DNA of 64,000 nt from Podospora anserina (GCA_017654855.1 CM030336.1:3472001-3536000); one strand, 5' to 3'; positions 51,931 to 63,856 are shown, numbered from the stretch's first letter. Program-made: numbers and translations. The notes: a model not told the origin generated them from the letters alone.

Positions 51931-52232
51931 TTTGACAACAACAAAGATTGTTGGCAGGAGCGACGAGATGGTATAACGATGTGAAGTGCTGAATCTTGGT
52001 TGGATGGTGAGTTGTGATGTGTGGCTGGGGCAATCAGCTGAACACTGCCTCAACAGGCAGCTTGGCAGTCCCGCTTGCTGGCAAGCCGCAAGGCAACTGA
52101 TATGAAGCGCGGACCACTGCAATGTTGTCTGAAAAGAAGCAAGTACCTTCGGGTAGCTTTCTTTCATTTTAAACTCTTGCAGACAATTGCCGTCAGAATC
52201 AAGATCAAGCCACAGCACCCTCAGCAATCAGG

Positions 52233-55200
52233 ATGGCGGCGTCATTGGCTAAGGCCACGGCTGTCACGATGGCCGTGGCAGGGCTTGGAGCGAATGATGT
52301 TCATCCGGGAGCTCCGTTTGAACAGGCGCTTGAGCAGTTCAAGAAGGGGCTACGACCAAAGCATCGATCGACATTCCAAACAACCACGCTTCCCGATCTT
52401 CTTGCAGCAATTGACAAAATTCAGAAGGAGCAGCACTCCAGTCGACGACTTCAAGCCGTTGGACGATTGAAGCCCACTCTTGAAGCGCTTAATCAATTGG
52501 GCAAGGTCGTTGAGACGTTTACAAACACATCAGAATTTGTCGCTTTTGTCTGGGTGAGATTGCATGAGATCTGCGACCGACTCAATTGGCCTGCTAATAT
52601 CTCAGGTACCCAGGGACCATTGAAGTTCTTGATTCAGGTTCTAGCAATCTATCCTTGGTCTTTGTTCGTCTTGCTGACGGGGAAATAGATTGGTAGCTCC
52701 TTTGTGGAAGCATTCACTGAGCTCCTTAGTATCTATGAGAGTCTTGGAGAGGAGCTGCCGCTTGTCCAACAGTACGAAGCCATTTTCTCGAAGGATTCAG
52801 ACATGAAGAGGGTCCTGGCCTATCTCTACAAGGACGTCCTGGAGTTTCATCACCGGGCGTTGAAGTACTTCCAGCAGCCGAGTATGCGTTCATTTCTTAC
52901 TCCGCCCACAAAGCGTCTATCTTCTACCTGGGGTTGTATGGTTGTGCACTAACAATGCCAAACCCATTCAGTGTTGAAGCAGCTATTTCAGGCGACCTGG
53001 AAAACTTACAAGTCTCGGTTCGACGATCTGATCAACGGCATCAAGAGGCACAGGGAACTAATTGTTTATCACGCCAATTTGTTACGTATCAAGGCATCCT
53101 TAGACGACAGACGCAACATAGACCAGCAATTCAGCCAGATCGCCGGCGCTGTTAACCAGGCCAGCCTGTCTATCAAGGCATGTTTGGATGAGCGAAAAGT
53201 CAGAGACCAACAGCTCAAGGAGATGGCTGATGCCGAGAGCAACAGAAAGCTTCGCGAGTTGCAGGGGTGGCTGAGGGCCAGCAATGTTGCCAATGACCAA
53301 CATGAGTTCTGCAAGCTTCGAGGCGAATACCCAGGTACAGGATCATGGTTACTGGATAATCCAAAGTTCAAAGAGTGGTTTGAAACACCCTGTCAGCTGA
53401 TGCCTCCAGTGTTGTGGCTCAATGGTATTCCAGGTGCAGGTCAGTGTCAGAAAAGGAGCCATCATTTGCCTTACGCTGCTGACTTCTTCAAAAGGCAAGA
53501 CAATTCTCGCTTCTTTAGTTGTCGAAAAGGCCCAGCAGCTCAACCCCCCTCCGGCCGTCTTGTACTTCTTTTGCAAACATGGCGACAACGAACGAGACAA
53601 TTTTGTCTCCATCGCGCGCAGCTTCCTCTCTCAACTTCTTCCGTATAATCGAGATATACTGCTTCCATACTATCACGATAAATATCAGAGTAGCACGGAG
53701 GCAGTCCTGGACACCCGAAGCATCATCGAAGATTTACTCAAGGTGCCCATTCGAAATTTCCCGCACGTGTACATCATCCTGGACGGGATTGATGAGTGCC
53801 CGAGGAAAGAACGCGACATCATAGCCTCCTGGTTTCGCGAACTTGTTGAGGACCTTCCACAGAGTAATCCCACACAAATTCGATGTCTGTTTGTGAGCCA
53901 AGAAGATGGGGTAGCACGAAAGGACTTTGCGGGTGTTTCTGTGATCAAAATTCGAAGCCAGGACAACCTGCGCGACATTGAACAATACAGCGCCAAGTGG
54001 GCGATCGACATCCAGAAGAAATTTGAGCTTCCCGACACCAAGCGAGAATCGATCGCAAAGCTCATTGTTGACGCTGCCGGAGGTGAGTACAGTATTCAAC
54101 GCCAAAGTCCAATCGCTAACTCACCATCTAAGGCATGTTTCTACTTGCCAAGTTAATTTCCACCAACCTTCTTCATCAACTTGATGTCGAGGAGTTGGAA
54201 TATGAGCTTGAACCAGGACGATTCCCGCGCGAGATCAATGCTGCGTAAGACTCCTAACCTTCAAGTTGAAAGCGCGGGACAAGTAATTGCTGACGTCTGA
54301 TTTCTGTTTACAGTTACTCTCGAATTATCGTGAGAATATTCGACCATGTGACCGAGTCGGAACAGCACGGGAGTAGGATGCTACTGAGCTGGCTGGTTTG
54401 CGCCAAACGGTCCATGAAGTGGCATGAGATCCAGGGCGTGAAGTCCATTGACTTGGAAACAAAGTCGGTAGATTTCCAACGCTTGCGGTTTCGCGTTGAC
54501 TCAAAAGATCTTTGCGGATCGCTCGTTGAAATCCGGTCCGACGGGACGGTAGAACTTGTTCATCTGACCGCTAAACTGTAAGATCCCTATGTCCCCATTC
54601 CGTCTTACCACTCATGCTTCTAACCTTGTTCAAGCTTTCTTATCAGTGAAAAACATGTCAACCCAGCGCGAGGAGAATTGCAACTAGCTTCTCTGTGCGT
54701 CAATTATCTCAACTTTCCTATCTTCAACGATGAGCTTGAACCCAAAGAGAAGCATTGTCTCATCCTTAATGGGTCCTACGCGTTCATGGACTATGCCATT
54801 GTTTACTGGGTGCGGCATCTTGAGGCTAGTTTGGCATCTCTGGAAAAAGACGGTACCGATGCGCGCGATATTTCCGAGACCCTAGAAGATTTTATTGAGC
54901 TTCACTACATCAATCCAGCCACTCACTTTCCCGTCTCACAAGGAAACGCTGCAAGACTTCGCTGCTTTGAGGATCTGGATTGTCATGACCGACTGCAGCA
55001 GGCAGTCATATCGACACGAAAGCAGCTTACATTCTACGGTGAGATGAACAAAGCCGAGATTGCCCTCGACCTTGTGGACATTGTGGAGAGTATTCGAGCT
55101 GCACTTGAAAGGCTGCTGCTAGGGATCCAGAACGGGGATGGGGTGGCAGCCAAGCTTGAAAAGCACTATGGTTCTAACCTCTTCAAATGTCCCAGGCTCA

Positions 55201-55904
55201 GCTGCAAATTCTTCACGAACGGGTTTGCAACCGCTGAGCGACGGAACCAACACCTTGGAAAGCACCAGAGGCCTTTTCGATGTGCCATTGAGGGTTGTTT
55301 GAGTGGAACCACCGGTATGGCGTCGGAGAAAGAGCTACAAAAGCACATGAAGGAATCTCATGGCGGGTATCAGTCTCACGACGAGTTTCCAGACAACGAT
55401 GAAGTATATCGGAGTCTCCAGCCACAGTTATCCATAACCAACTCCGGCAATCAGACAGGTTTGGTAATTCAAGAGCCTACCGTGGCGGAAACGACAACAA
55501 CTGAAGCACCTGAAGCCCAAGACCCAGCATCTGATAATGTCGCTCGCGAAGTGATAGGACATCAACGGCAGCAGAGTAATAAAAGACAAAAGATTGAGTA
55601 CATATGCTGGTTTTGCTACAAAGTCTATAACCGCAAATTCAACCTCGACTCACATCTTTTAACTCATAGCGAGGACCGGCCTTGGAAGTGCGACCTCTGC
55701 ACCAAAGCCTTTGCGCGGGAAAGCGACTTGAAGAGACATCGGCAAGGCCATGATGAAGGGAGCCATGTTCCGTGCCAAGGGTGTGGCAAGAAGTTTGCAC
55801 GCCAGGATACATTGGCGAATCACCACAAGTCAAAGTTGGGGAAAAGGTGCTTGTCAGCCTTGAATTTGCAAAACCATGCTGAAGAGTCAACTCCATCGGC
55901 GTAG
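52233..55904 (+). CDS. NACHT NTPase (fungal NLR-like) with five C-terminal C2H2 zinc fingers, multi-exon
   Basis: Helical N-terminus (VAFVW|GPLKFLIQ), YPGTGSWLL, Walker A WLNGIPGAG|KTILAS, VLYFFC, Walker B YIILDGIDEC, VELVHLTAK, YAFMDYAIVYWVRHLE. Two fingers near 55190-55360 and three near 55600-55850. Confidence 0.88.
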
Positions 55905-56320
55905 AACTCCCAGCACACAAACTGTACAAAATGTACCGCGGCTACCTCAATCAGAGGCCTGGCCGCGGGATCGTATTCCTAGTTCGCCATGTCAATATTA
56001 AGCTGATCCCTTACCAAATAACATCGGCATAACCCGAATTCATGATGAGCAGAATGGGTGTGTTCAGGTATCACTCGTAGCCCTCACAAACACCACGCAC
56101 CAAAGGTCTGTTACTGCAATCCCAGCCCATCCTCTGCAACATCCAGACGACGTTGCATCATATCACATGTTTCAAGCGCGTATCATGGAAGGAATTTTGC
56201 CTTCACCAAAAGTCCCTCGGTCAAAAAGGGGGAAGCTACGAAATGCCAAGCTGGCCACTCGACACATGCCGCTTATTAAGCCAACAGCTTGACGAACCAA
56301 TCACGCAACAAATGACGCAC

Positions 56321-56392
56321 GGTTGTATAGTGTAGCGGTTATCACTCCGGATTCTGATTCCGGCAACCCCGGTTCGAGTCCGGGTACGACCT
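56321..56392 (+). tRNA. tRNA-Gln (anticodon CTG)
   Basis: Acceptor GGTTGTA/TACGACC, anticodon arm CCGGA-TTCTGAT-TCCGG, T-loop GGTTCGAGTCC. 72 nt, no intron. Confidence 0.95.
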
Positions 56393-56482
56393 CATCCTTT
56401 CGCCTATTCTTTTGGGCCCAGATCGCCGGCGATTTTGACTTTTTTGATGTTGGCACCTTTGCCACAAAATATTTGAGACACC

Positions 56483-56642
56483 AAAGTAGGTTAACATACC
56501 TTAAAGGATAGTCATAGGTCTTTAAAGATAGTTTGAAAGGCTTCAAAGATAGTTAACAGACCTTAAAAGATCGTTTAAGGACCTATTAATGTACTTTTGA
56601 GGCAAAAGGTAGTTCACAGTATAGTATGGGTTAACTTACTTT
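56483..56642. mobile_element. Small AT-rich element with TIRs and internal 21-bp units (MITE-like), same family as 45565-45740
   Basis: Left AAAGTAGGTTAAC; right (reverse complement) AAAGTAAGTTAAC. Internal units such as AAAGATAGTTAACAGACCTT at ~21-bp spacing (56496, 56516, 56538, 56558, 56579, 56600). Confidence 0.65.
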
Positions 56643-56986
56643 TGCTGTGTCAGTTACTTTGTGGGCAGGGTGGCTGGGTAATACAATGGCTAGCATTTTC
56701 ATTTTCAAGATGACTGCTATTTACATGCAGCATGAAAAGTCTAATATCATCAGCATCATCAGCATGAGACAATGTCGTGGTGCCAGTGGAATTCCATGTT
56801 TTCCTCCCACCCCCATTTTCATCCATTTTCTAAAATAAAAAAGTCTAATAATCAAAAAGAAATCGCTTCAAACAAAAGAACGTAAACATGATTTTCGCCA
56901 GAAAACCAACAACCCTCCCAGTGGTATCATATTTTCCTCATCCCAACATCCAACTCCCCCTTTTATTCCCCATCCCACAACCCCTT

Positions 56987-58360
56987 CTACCTGGCATGTG
57001 CATTCTGGTAAGTGATAGTAGCAGTCTTGGTCTGCACAATACCACCAGGGTTAATCGCCTTCTCGGACCCGCTCTCGCTCTTCCTGATCGGCTCCGAGGA
57101 AGCATAATCATCGCCCGTCTCGACGGCGACGACGGTCTCGAGGGGGTACATGATGTCGTCGTCGAAGCGCTGGTACTTGTCGCGCTTTTGAGATTGGGAC
57201 TGGTTGCCGCCGCCGCCGCCGCCAAAGGTGGGGGGGCCCCCGGACTTGGAGAGGCCGCTGTTGACGGGGTAGGCGGAGCGGGCGTTGGAGGAGCCGAGGA
57301 GGCGGGGGACGAAGTGGTTGAGGAAGGGCTTGATGGTGGGGAGGGTGCCGCAGATGACGGAGAGGTTGGCTTCGGCAAAACTGGGAAAGGGGGGTTAATT
57401 AGGGGAGGGGGATAGGGGGGAAGAGGGGAGGCTTACATCCAGAGGAGAACGGGGCCACCGCCCCAGGATTGGTCAATGTCTCCCATGGAGACGATCAAAG
57501 CGTGGAGACGCATGATGGAGGTGAAAGACGTGCTAGATAATGGGTTAGGATGGCTCTTTTAGCTGAAGTGAAATGGCAAATAAGATGGCTTACATTCCAC
57601 CGACGCTAAAGGCAGCAATCAGAGCGATCTTGTGCTTGAGGGGGACATGAAGCCTGACAACGATGGGAATTGGCACCGCCAGCACCATCAGATCGGTGAT
57701 GGCACCGAGGATAGCCGTGGCCTGGTACAGAGCGGGCCGGTTGATGCACTCGCCGGGGATGCTGATGTCCCAAGCTGACTGGACGGGGTTGCAAGGGAAG
57801 ATGGCGGCGAACATGATGGCGAACGATGAACCGACGACGATGAACATGACGACGTAAACGGTAATCTGGTACCACAATTGTGGCGCTAGCCTTCGATAGA
57901 GCAGCAAAAGTGCCAGCTTGGCGCCACATTGAACCGGGTTGTACAGAATCGGCAGGAGGTAGAGCGCTCTGAGGAACAGGAGGAACTTGGTGACGGGCAT
58001 TTCCCACGAGTGTGTTCCCATGATTCCTCTCATAAAGTCTCCTTGATAACTTGTGTTAGTATGCGTGGAGATGAGTTTCTGGGTGTTGGGCAACATACGA
58101 ACGATCATGGACTGCAGCGCGATGGAGCATCCCCAGGCAATGATCAGAGAGGCATCTTCGATCTGAAACCTCCTTCTGATGAATGCCTTAGTGTAGAGAT
58201 GCTGCATCATGAACATCAGAGCCAAGAAGTTACCAACTCCAAAGAGCCAGTAGGCCTCTGTCACGCTGTTGCGCGCTGGGTTCTCAAAGTCCACCACATA
58301 GCCCTCCGGTGGGGGCATGATCACCGGCACGCCATTGACAGTCGGGAGTTGCATAGCCAT
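56987..58360 (-). CDS. PTH11-like (fungal rhodopsin-domain) integral membrane protein, multi-exon
   Basis: PPPEGYVVDFENP, MGTHSWE, KLALLLLYRRL, FPCNPVQSAWD..C, ITDLMVLAVPIPIV, EANLSVICGTLPTIKPFL. Confidence 0.88.
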
Positions 58361-59853
58361 CTTGTCGTATTCGGCGCCGTCGACTGTCGAGAATCCGTAA
58401 GTGTGCCGTCGAGGCTGAAGAAGGGGACGGGTTGAGTTCGATGTTTTGTCTGTTGTTCACGCCCGCGCGCTTATCTATCCGATTCAACTGTCGAGCAACA
58501 GGAAGTGTCGAGAACAAAAGAAACAAAAAGGAGTGAAGCGAAGGAGACTCTGTGAAGGAACATTGGCATGTCACTCATGTCAATCCTACCGTGTCTATCT
58601 ATGCATGACTGTGTCTGCTACCCTTTTCTTCTTCTGCGTGGCGGTTTGGGTGTCAGTTTGCGTGGGAACCGGGCATTGCCGATCAGCTACATCACATAAA
58701 CAGCCAATTTTGCCCATCTTCCTTACTCCCTCACCGACCTTGATGGCCAGAAAAACGGCAAAAATTTGTGCCGGCAGTTCATCAGCGCAGCATTTTGGAA
58801 AGCATTCGGTCTGGGGTGGGAGAGTGGGAAACAGTCAGTACAACGTCGCCAGGGTGGTCGTTGGGACTAAGAGGAGTCGAAACAAAAGAAAAGGGGAGGA
58901 ACATGGGATGTGTCAGGGAAGTTGATAGGTCCTGAATCTATAGATGAGGCTAGTCAGGCCAAGTCAAGTTAAGCGTGGCAGAAATATCCACAATAACGGC
59001 TGCCAGAATCCACTCTGCTCCCCCCACCCTGCAACCTCTTGCAGCATTTTCTCAGGAAATCACTAACAAGTTCTTCATGCTTTGCTTCTTTGCTTCTTCA
59101 TTGCCCCCCCGTGTCCCCTCCGTGCTCCCCCACACGGTCCAGCCACTGCCTTCGTCTCGCGCCGCCCCGTGTCTGTGTGTCTGTCCGTTTCCCTTTCGTT
59201 GTATCAACGGCCACCCGTACCCCCACACGGTGTCACGTCCTTTCTACGCGATGTCTCCCGTCTCTCTTGACATCCGCCCAAAAGGACGTTGCCGACCAAA
59301 CTTTTTCGGCTTACCGCCACTTGACGCAATGGAACGGAGGCGTGTCATTGCAGGAAGCTGTCACCTTCTGCCACAACGTCCAAGACCGAGGTCGGTAGAA
59401 AGCTGCCGACACGAAACCACAGACGGCGATCATTAACCTGCTCGCCTTCAATTACCGGTGGAGGGTTGCATATTCTCCGTTCCCCCCCGCAAATAATGCC
59501 CTCTTCCTCCAATCACCACGTGGTGTTCTTGCAGGCACCGGAAGATGTCGACACTTTCAACTCTTCCTGCAGCTCTCGCTTGGCCACCCGCAAGAATGGG
59601 ACGACGTGTTTGGGATGGCCCAGCACGCCCAGGTCTTGGGAGATATGCTTTCTGTTGCTGTCCCCAGTCTCCGGGGAGCTTTGCCGTCGACGTACCTTGC
59701 ATCAATAGCCAAACCTCGGGCTTGAACCGAAACCCGGTAGCGAAACAAACCCCCTACATAAATGACTTGGCCCACTGTTGAGGGAGGGATGAGCATCCTG
59801 CACTACCAACACACTCGTTTTTATTGCCCCGTGGGCCATTACACTCCTTCAAG

Positions 59854-61347
59854 ATGCACTTCACTCACCTTCTACTTTCATTCTGCTCCGTAGCATCAAC
59901 CATGGCCGCCATCACCCCAAGACAGATCCCCTCCAAGGCCAAATGCCTCCTCGACGCTGGACTCGGCGAGGCAGTTCTGGTTCGTGGAGATCCCCAATAT
60001 GCTGAACGCGAGGCTTCATATTGGTCCAACAGCGCAAGGCTGAGTCCAGCTGCGATCCTCCGACCTCGCAATACCAAGGAGGTGGCCCTTGCCGTCAAGG
60101 CTCTTGCTGCCGCCAAACAGCCATTTGCCGTCCGTTCCGGTGGTCACACCAACTGGGCTGGCTCCAACAACATTGCCGGCGGCATCACCATCGATCTCGG
60201 CTTCTTCAACACCACCACCTACAATGCTGCCACCGAGACTGCCGATATCGGCCCTGGCTCCCGCTGGCGGGATGTCTACTCGGAGCTGATCAAGCACAAG
60301 CGTGCCGTTGCCGGTGGCCGTGAGGGCAATGTTGGTGTCGCCGGTCTTTTGCTCGGCGGCGGTAACACCTTCTTCACTGCCCGCCGTGGCTTCGCCTGCG
60401 ATAACGTCGTCGCCTATGAGGTCGTCCTTGCCGACGGCCGGATTGTCACCGCCAGCAAGACCAGCTACCCCGACCTCTTTGTTGCCCTCAAGGGCGGCTC
60501 CAACAACTTCGGCATCGTCACCAAGTTCACCATGACCGCCATCCCATCAGACAAGGTGTGGGGCGGCATGGCCTTCCTTCCCAAGGACATTGCTCCCCAG
60601 GCCGTTGACGCCGTTGTTTCCTTCACCAACAACGTTGCCAATGACCCCGATAGCAACCTCGTCGCCATGTTCACCCACATGCCCGACTTCAAGGATATTG
60701 TTGTTGCTACTCTCTACGCCAACATGGCCGGTGTCGAAAAGCCTGCTGCTTACAAGGAGTGGCTTGCTCTTCCCGAGATCATGAACACGGTCAAGAACAC
60801 CACCATCGCTGAGATGGCATTCGAGTACAACATCCCCGCCAACCTCCACGACATTTGGTTCACCCTCTCCCTCAAGAACGATGCTCGCATCCTCAACAAG
60901 GCTGCCGAGCTCCACGTCAAGCTCGTTGAGGACCTCAAGGCTTTTATCCCTGAGCAGACCTTCACCACCCAGTGTCTCTTCCAGCCCCTCCCCACTGTCT
61001 TTGGCAAGAACTCGGTTGCTGCCGGTGGCAACATCATGGGTGTTGAGCGCCAAAAGTCTAACGGCGTTCTGTTCCTTGCTACCGCCATGGTCCAGACCCC
61101 TGAGCAGGAGAAGAAGGCTTACCCTCTTGTCAAGACGTGGGTTGAGGAGGTCAAGAAGTTTGCCGCTACCATTGATGGCGGTCTTCAGGAGTGGACCTAT
61201 CTCAACTATGCAGATAAGAGCCAGAACCCTCTCAAGAGCTACGGCCCTGAGAACATCCGCAAGCTGAAGGCTACTGCTGCCAAGTATGATCCTCAGGGTG
61301 TTTTCCAGAAGTTGGTGCCTGGTGGGTTCAAGGTTTCTAACCTTTAA
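59854..61347 (+). CDS. Secreted FAD-binding oxidoreductase (BBE-like)
   Basis: Signal peptide, FAVRSGGH covalent-FAD motif, VGVAGLLLGGG, DLFVALKGGSNNFGIVT, C-terminal YLNYA..YDPQGVFQ. Confidence 0.9.
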   Translation: MHFTHLLLSFCSVASTMAAITPRQIPSKAKCLLDAGLGEAVLVRGDPQYAEREASYWSNSARLSPAAILRPRNTKEVALAVKALAAAKQPFAVRSGGHTNWAGSNNIAGGITIDLGFFNTTTYNAATETADIGPGSRWRDVYSELIKHKRAVAGGREGNVGVAGLLLGGGNTFFTARRGFACDNVVAYEVVLADGRIVTASKTSYPDLFVALKGGSNNFGIVTKFTMTAIPSDKVWGGMAFLPKDIAPQAVDAVVSFTNNVANDPDSNLVAMFTHMPDFKDIVVATLYANMAGVEKPAAYKEWLALPEIMNTVKNTTIAEMAFEYNIPANLHDIWFTLSLKNDARILNKAAELHVKLVEDLKAFIPEQTFTTQCLFQPLPTVFGKNSVAAGGNIMGVERQKSNGVLFLATAMVQTPEQEKKAYPLVKTWVEEVKKFAATIDGGLQEWTYLNYADKSQNPLKSYGPENIRKLKATAAKYDPQGVFQKLVPGGFKVSNL

Positions 61348-62629
61348 CACATGGACACCGTTGTGTGGGAGAGCGTGACAACACTGATGGATGATGGATG
61401 GGTGAATGGTCGCTGGGATATACGAGCATACGGGTATTGACTGGATAGAGATGATAATTGGGGGAAGGGGGCTTAGCATGGGGGCTTACAGGAGCGTGTT
61501 GTATTTTTGTTTTGTTTGCTTTGCATTTGCTTTGTCATAGCTGTTTTGGTTTGCATTCTGAGCATTAGTTTACCTTTACTATTGTAAAATCGAGACGGGC
61601 TCACTGAGTTCTTGATACCCCTCACACCTATCCAATGTCACTTGCATTCCTCCGTATCACATGATGTCTTCCTCTGCGGTTCAAGTTCGGTTGTCGACGA
61701 CAAAACCTCTTGTTGCGGCCCCACCCGGCTACTTCCCCGAATGAGGATCAACATTTTGAATCCTGCATAATGTTAAAAATCGCTATTGTCTTACATGCAT
61801 ATCTAGTGATCTGCACACTACCTAGGGCTCAGGTCTGTGCGCCTGAAGGTCTTTGATACCAAGGCTTGAGAAGGCAACTAGCGCGTCCAAGACAGATGGG
61901 TATCTGAGTCGAGGTCGTTAGGAGGAAGAGGTGTTGTTAGTTGGACACCAACGACTTTGATGGCTGTAGCACTTTATGAGACCAAGCAGTAGTTTGCCTG
62001 CCGGGCATTCAACATGTCACCTGAGAGCCTCTCACATTCGTCGCCATCATCGAGGCAGTTTGAAGTAGTCAAGGCCAAACAAAGCAATCACTATCTGGTA
62101 CAAATACGCTTCTGTCCGCCTGTCGCCTTTATCAAAAGCCAGTCTGGAATGCCCTCTGCCGTCACCTTGGCAATGCACGGTCCTGTCAACACAGAAAAAG
62201 GGGCAACGAAGGGGGCTACAGTGTCAAAAGAAGGGTTAGGGTTTTCTTCATGAAGCTTCTGAACCTCGAGAACAAAAACTCGGCTTTGCTTCGGGCATCA
62301 CATCAAATGAGCAGGAAAGTGGCACATTCGCAGCTGATTGGCTGCACTGGAGGATGTGACAGAGGGGCAAATGCAATGGAGTTTCGCGATAAGACGTAGG
62401 CCAGATCCTTATCGACCGTTTTACCCCTCCCCCTCATCAAACAGCCCAGCCCAACCCAGTTGCGCGCATCAAACTCATCAGGGCCCGATCAAAAGGTTGG
62501 GACTTTTTCTCTATTACCTAGAACCTTGGACCTTCCTCATTCAGATTGTTATTGTTATCACCTATCGCTACCTATCTTCTGCGTTTAGTTTGTTATCAGA
62601 TCGTTCAGTGCACACCCTTCTCAGTCGTC

Positions 62630-63293
62630 ATGGTATGCCTTCACCCCACTTTGCAACTGCCTCATGTCTTGATGAAAAAGAGACCTGACTGACGATGTCG
62701 CCGCCCACTTGCACAGGCACCTCACGGGAATAACCTCTCCAAGGATGAGATTGCTCAGTTCAAGGAGGTGTTTGAGATTTTTGTAAGATTTTCCCTCACT
62801 TTCACACCTCACTCCTCTTCTGCATCACCAAGTCACACCCGCCAAGATGGCCTCCCTCATCCATCCCTCTCAACCAACCACCATTTACCCTCTCCCTGAC
62901 TCTTCCCAGGACAAAGACGGCACAGGCGACATTACCGCTGCCGAGCTGGGCGCCGTCATGCGTGAACTCGGCCTCAACCCCTCCCCGGAGGAGCTCCAAG
63001 ACATTGTCAACGAGGCGGACCTCAACAAGGACGGCGTGATCTCGTTTGAGGAGTTCCTGTCACTCATGTCGATGGGCGTCAAGGAGACGGACACGGAGCA
63101 GGAGCTGGTCAACGCCTTCAAGGTGTTTGACAAGGACGGGAGCGGGACCATCAGCAGCGACGAGCTGAGGAATGTGCTCAAGTCCCTGGGCGAGAACCTC
63201 ACGGACGCGGAGCTGGACGAGATGATCAAGCTGGCGGATAAGGATGGGGATGGGCATATCGATTATCAGGAGTTTGCGCATATTATGAAATAG
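62630..63293 (+). CDS. Calmodulin-like four-EF-hand protein (exons 62630-62632, 62717-62782, 62910-63293)
   Basis: EF loops DKDGTGDITAAE, DLNKDGVISFEE, DKDGSGTISSDE, DKDGDGHIDYQE. GT..AG introns keep the frame. Confidence 0.88.
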
Positions 63294-63856
63294 GGGGGTT
63301 AAAATGGGAGGGAGGAAAGGGGGGGGATGGGTGGGAGATAGGATACCTGGTATTGTTAGATGGGAATTGATTGAAATTTTTGCTTCCTATGGTTTTGTGC
63401 AAGATTTTGAGGGGCTTTGTTTGAACCCCTGGACCTTGTTCTTCTACACAACATCAACTCTAGTTCATTTATGTCTTGACAAATACCAACTTGCAAAGGG
63501 ACGGAGCGTGTAGGTGCGGCATGTGTTGTGGTGCTGATAGCCGTTCGTGTCCTTCCCGGGGTGCCCAAGGGAGTTATTTTTATGGCTCAAACCAAAACAT
63601 GAGAATAACCTCCACAGGCTACGCTTAGGCACCACCTGGGGGCAGTGGCTTGAGCATATCTAAGTTCAACGCCCACCGTCCACTAGCGCATTCCACCTCG
63701 ACATAGACTTTTCCACAATCTCTCATTTCACGTCAAACCGTCTCTCATGTTTCGCACAAACCTTTTCCATTTTTTGACACATGTTTTTGGACATCCAGTC
63801 AGTCACCAACACAACCAAAACCACCATCTCGATTCGAACTGACTACCTCCATCAAG

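Noticed and set aside
41900-56300. Starship/Enterprise element or Spok genes
   Set aside because: Cargo-like genes are present, but I recognised no DUF3435 tyrosine recombinase, no Spok-like ORF and no boundary repeats.
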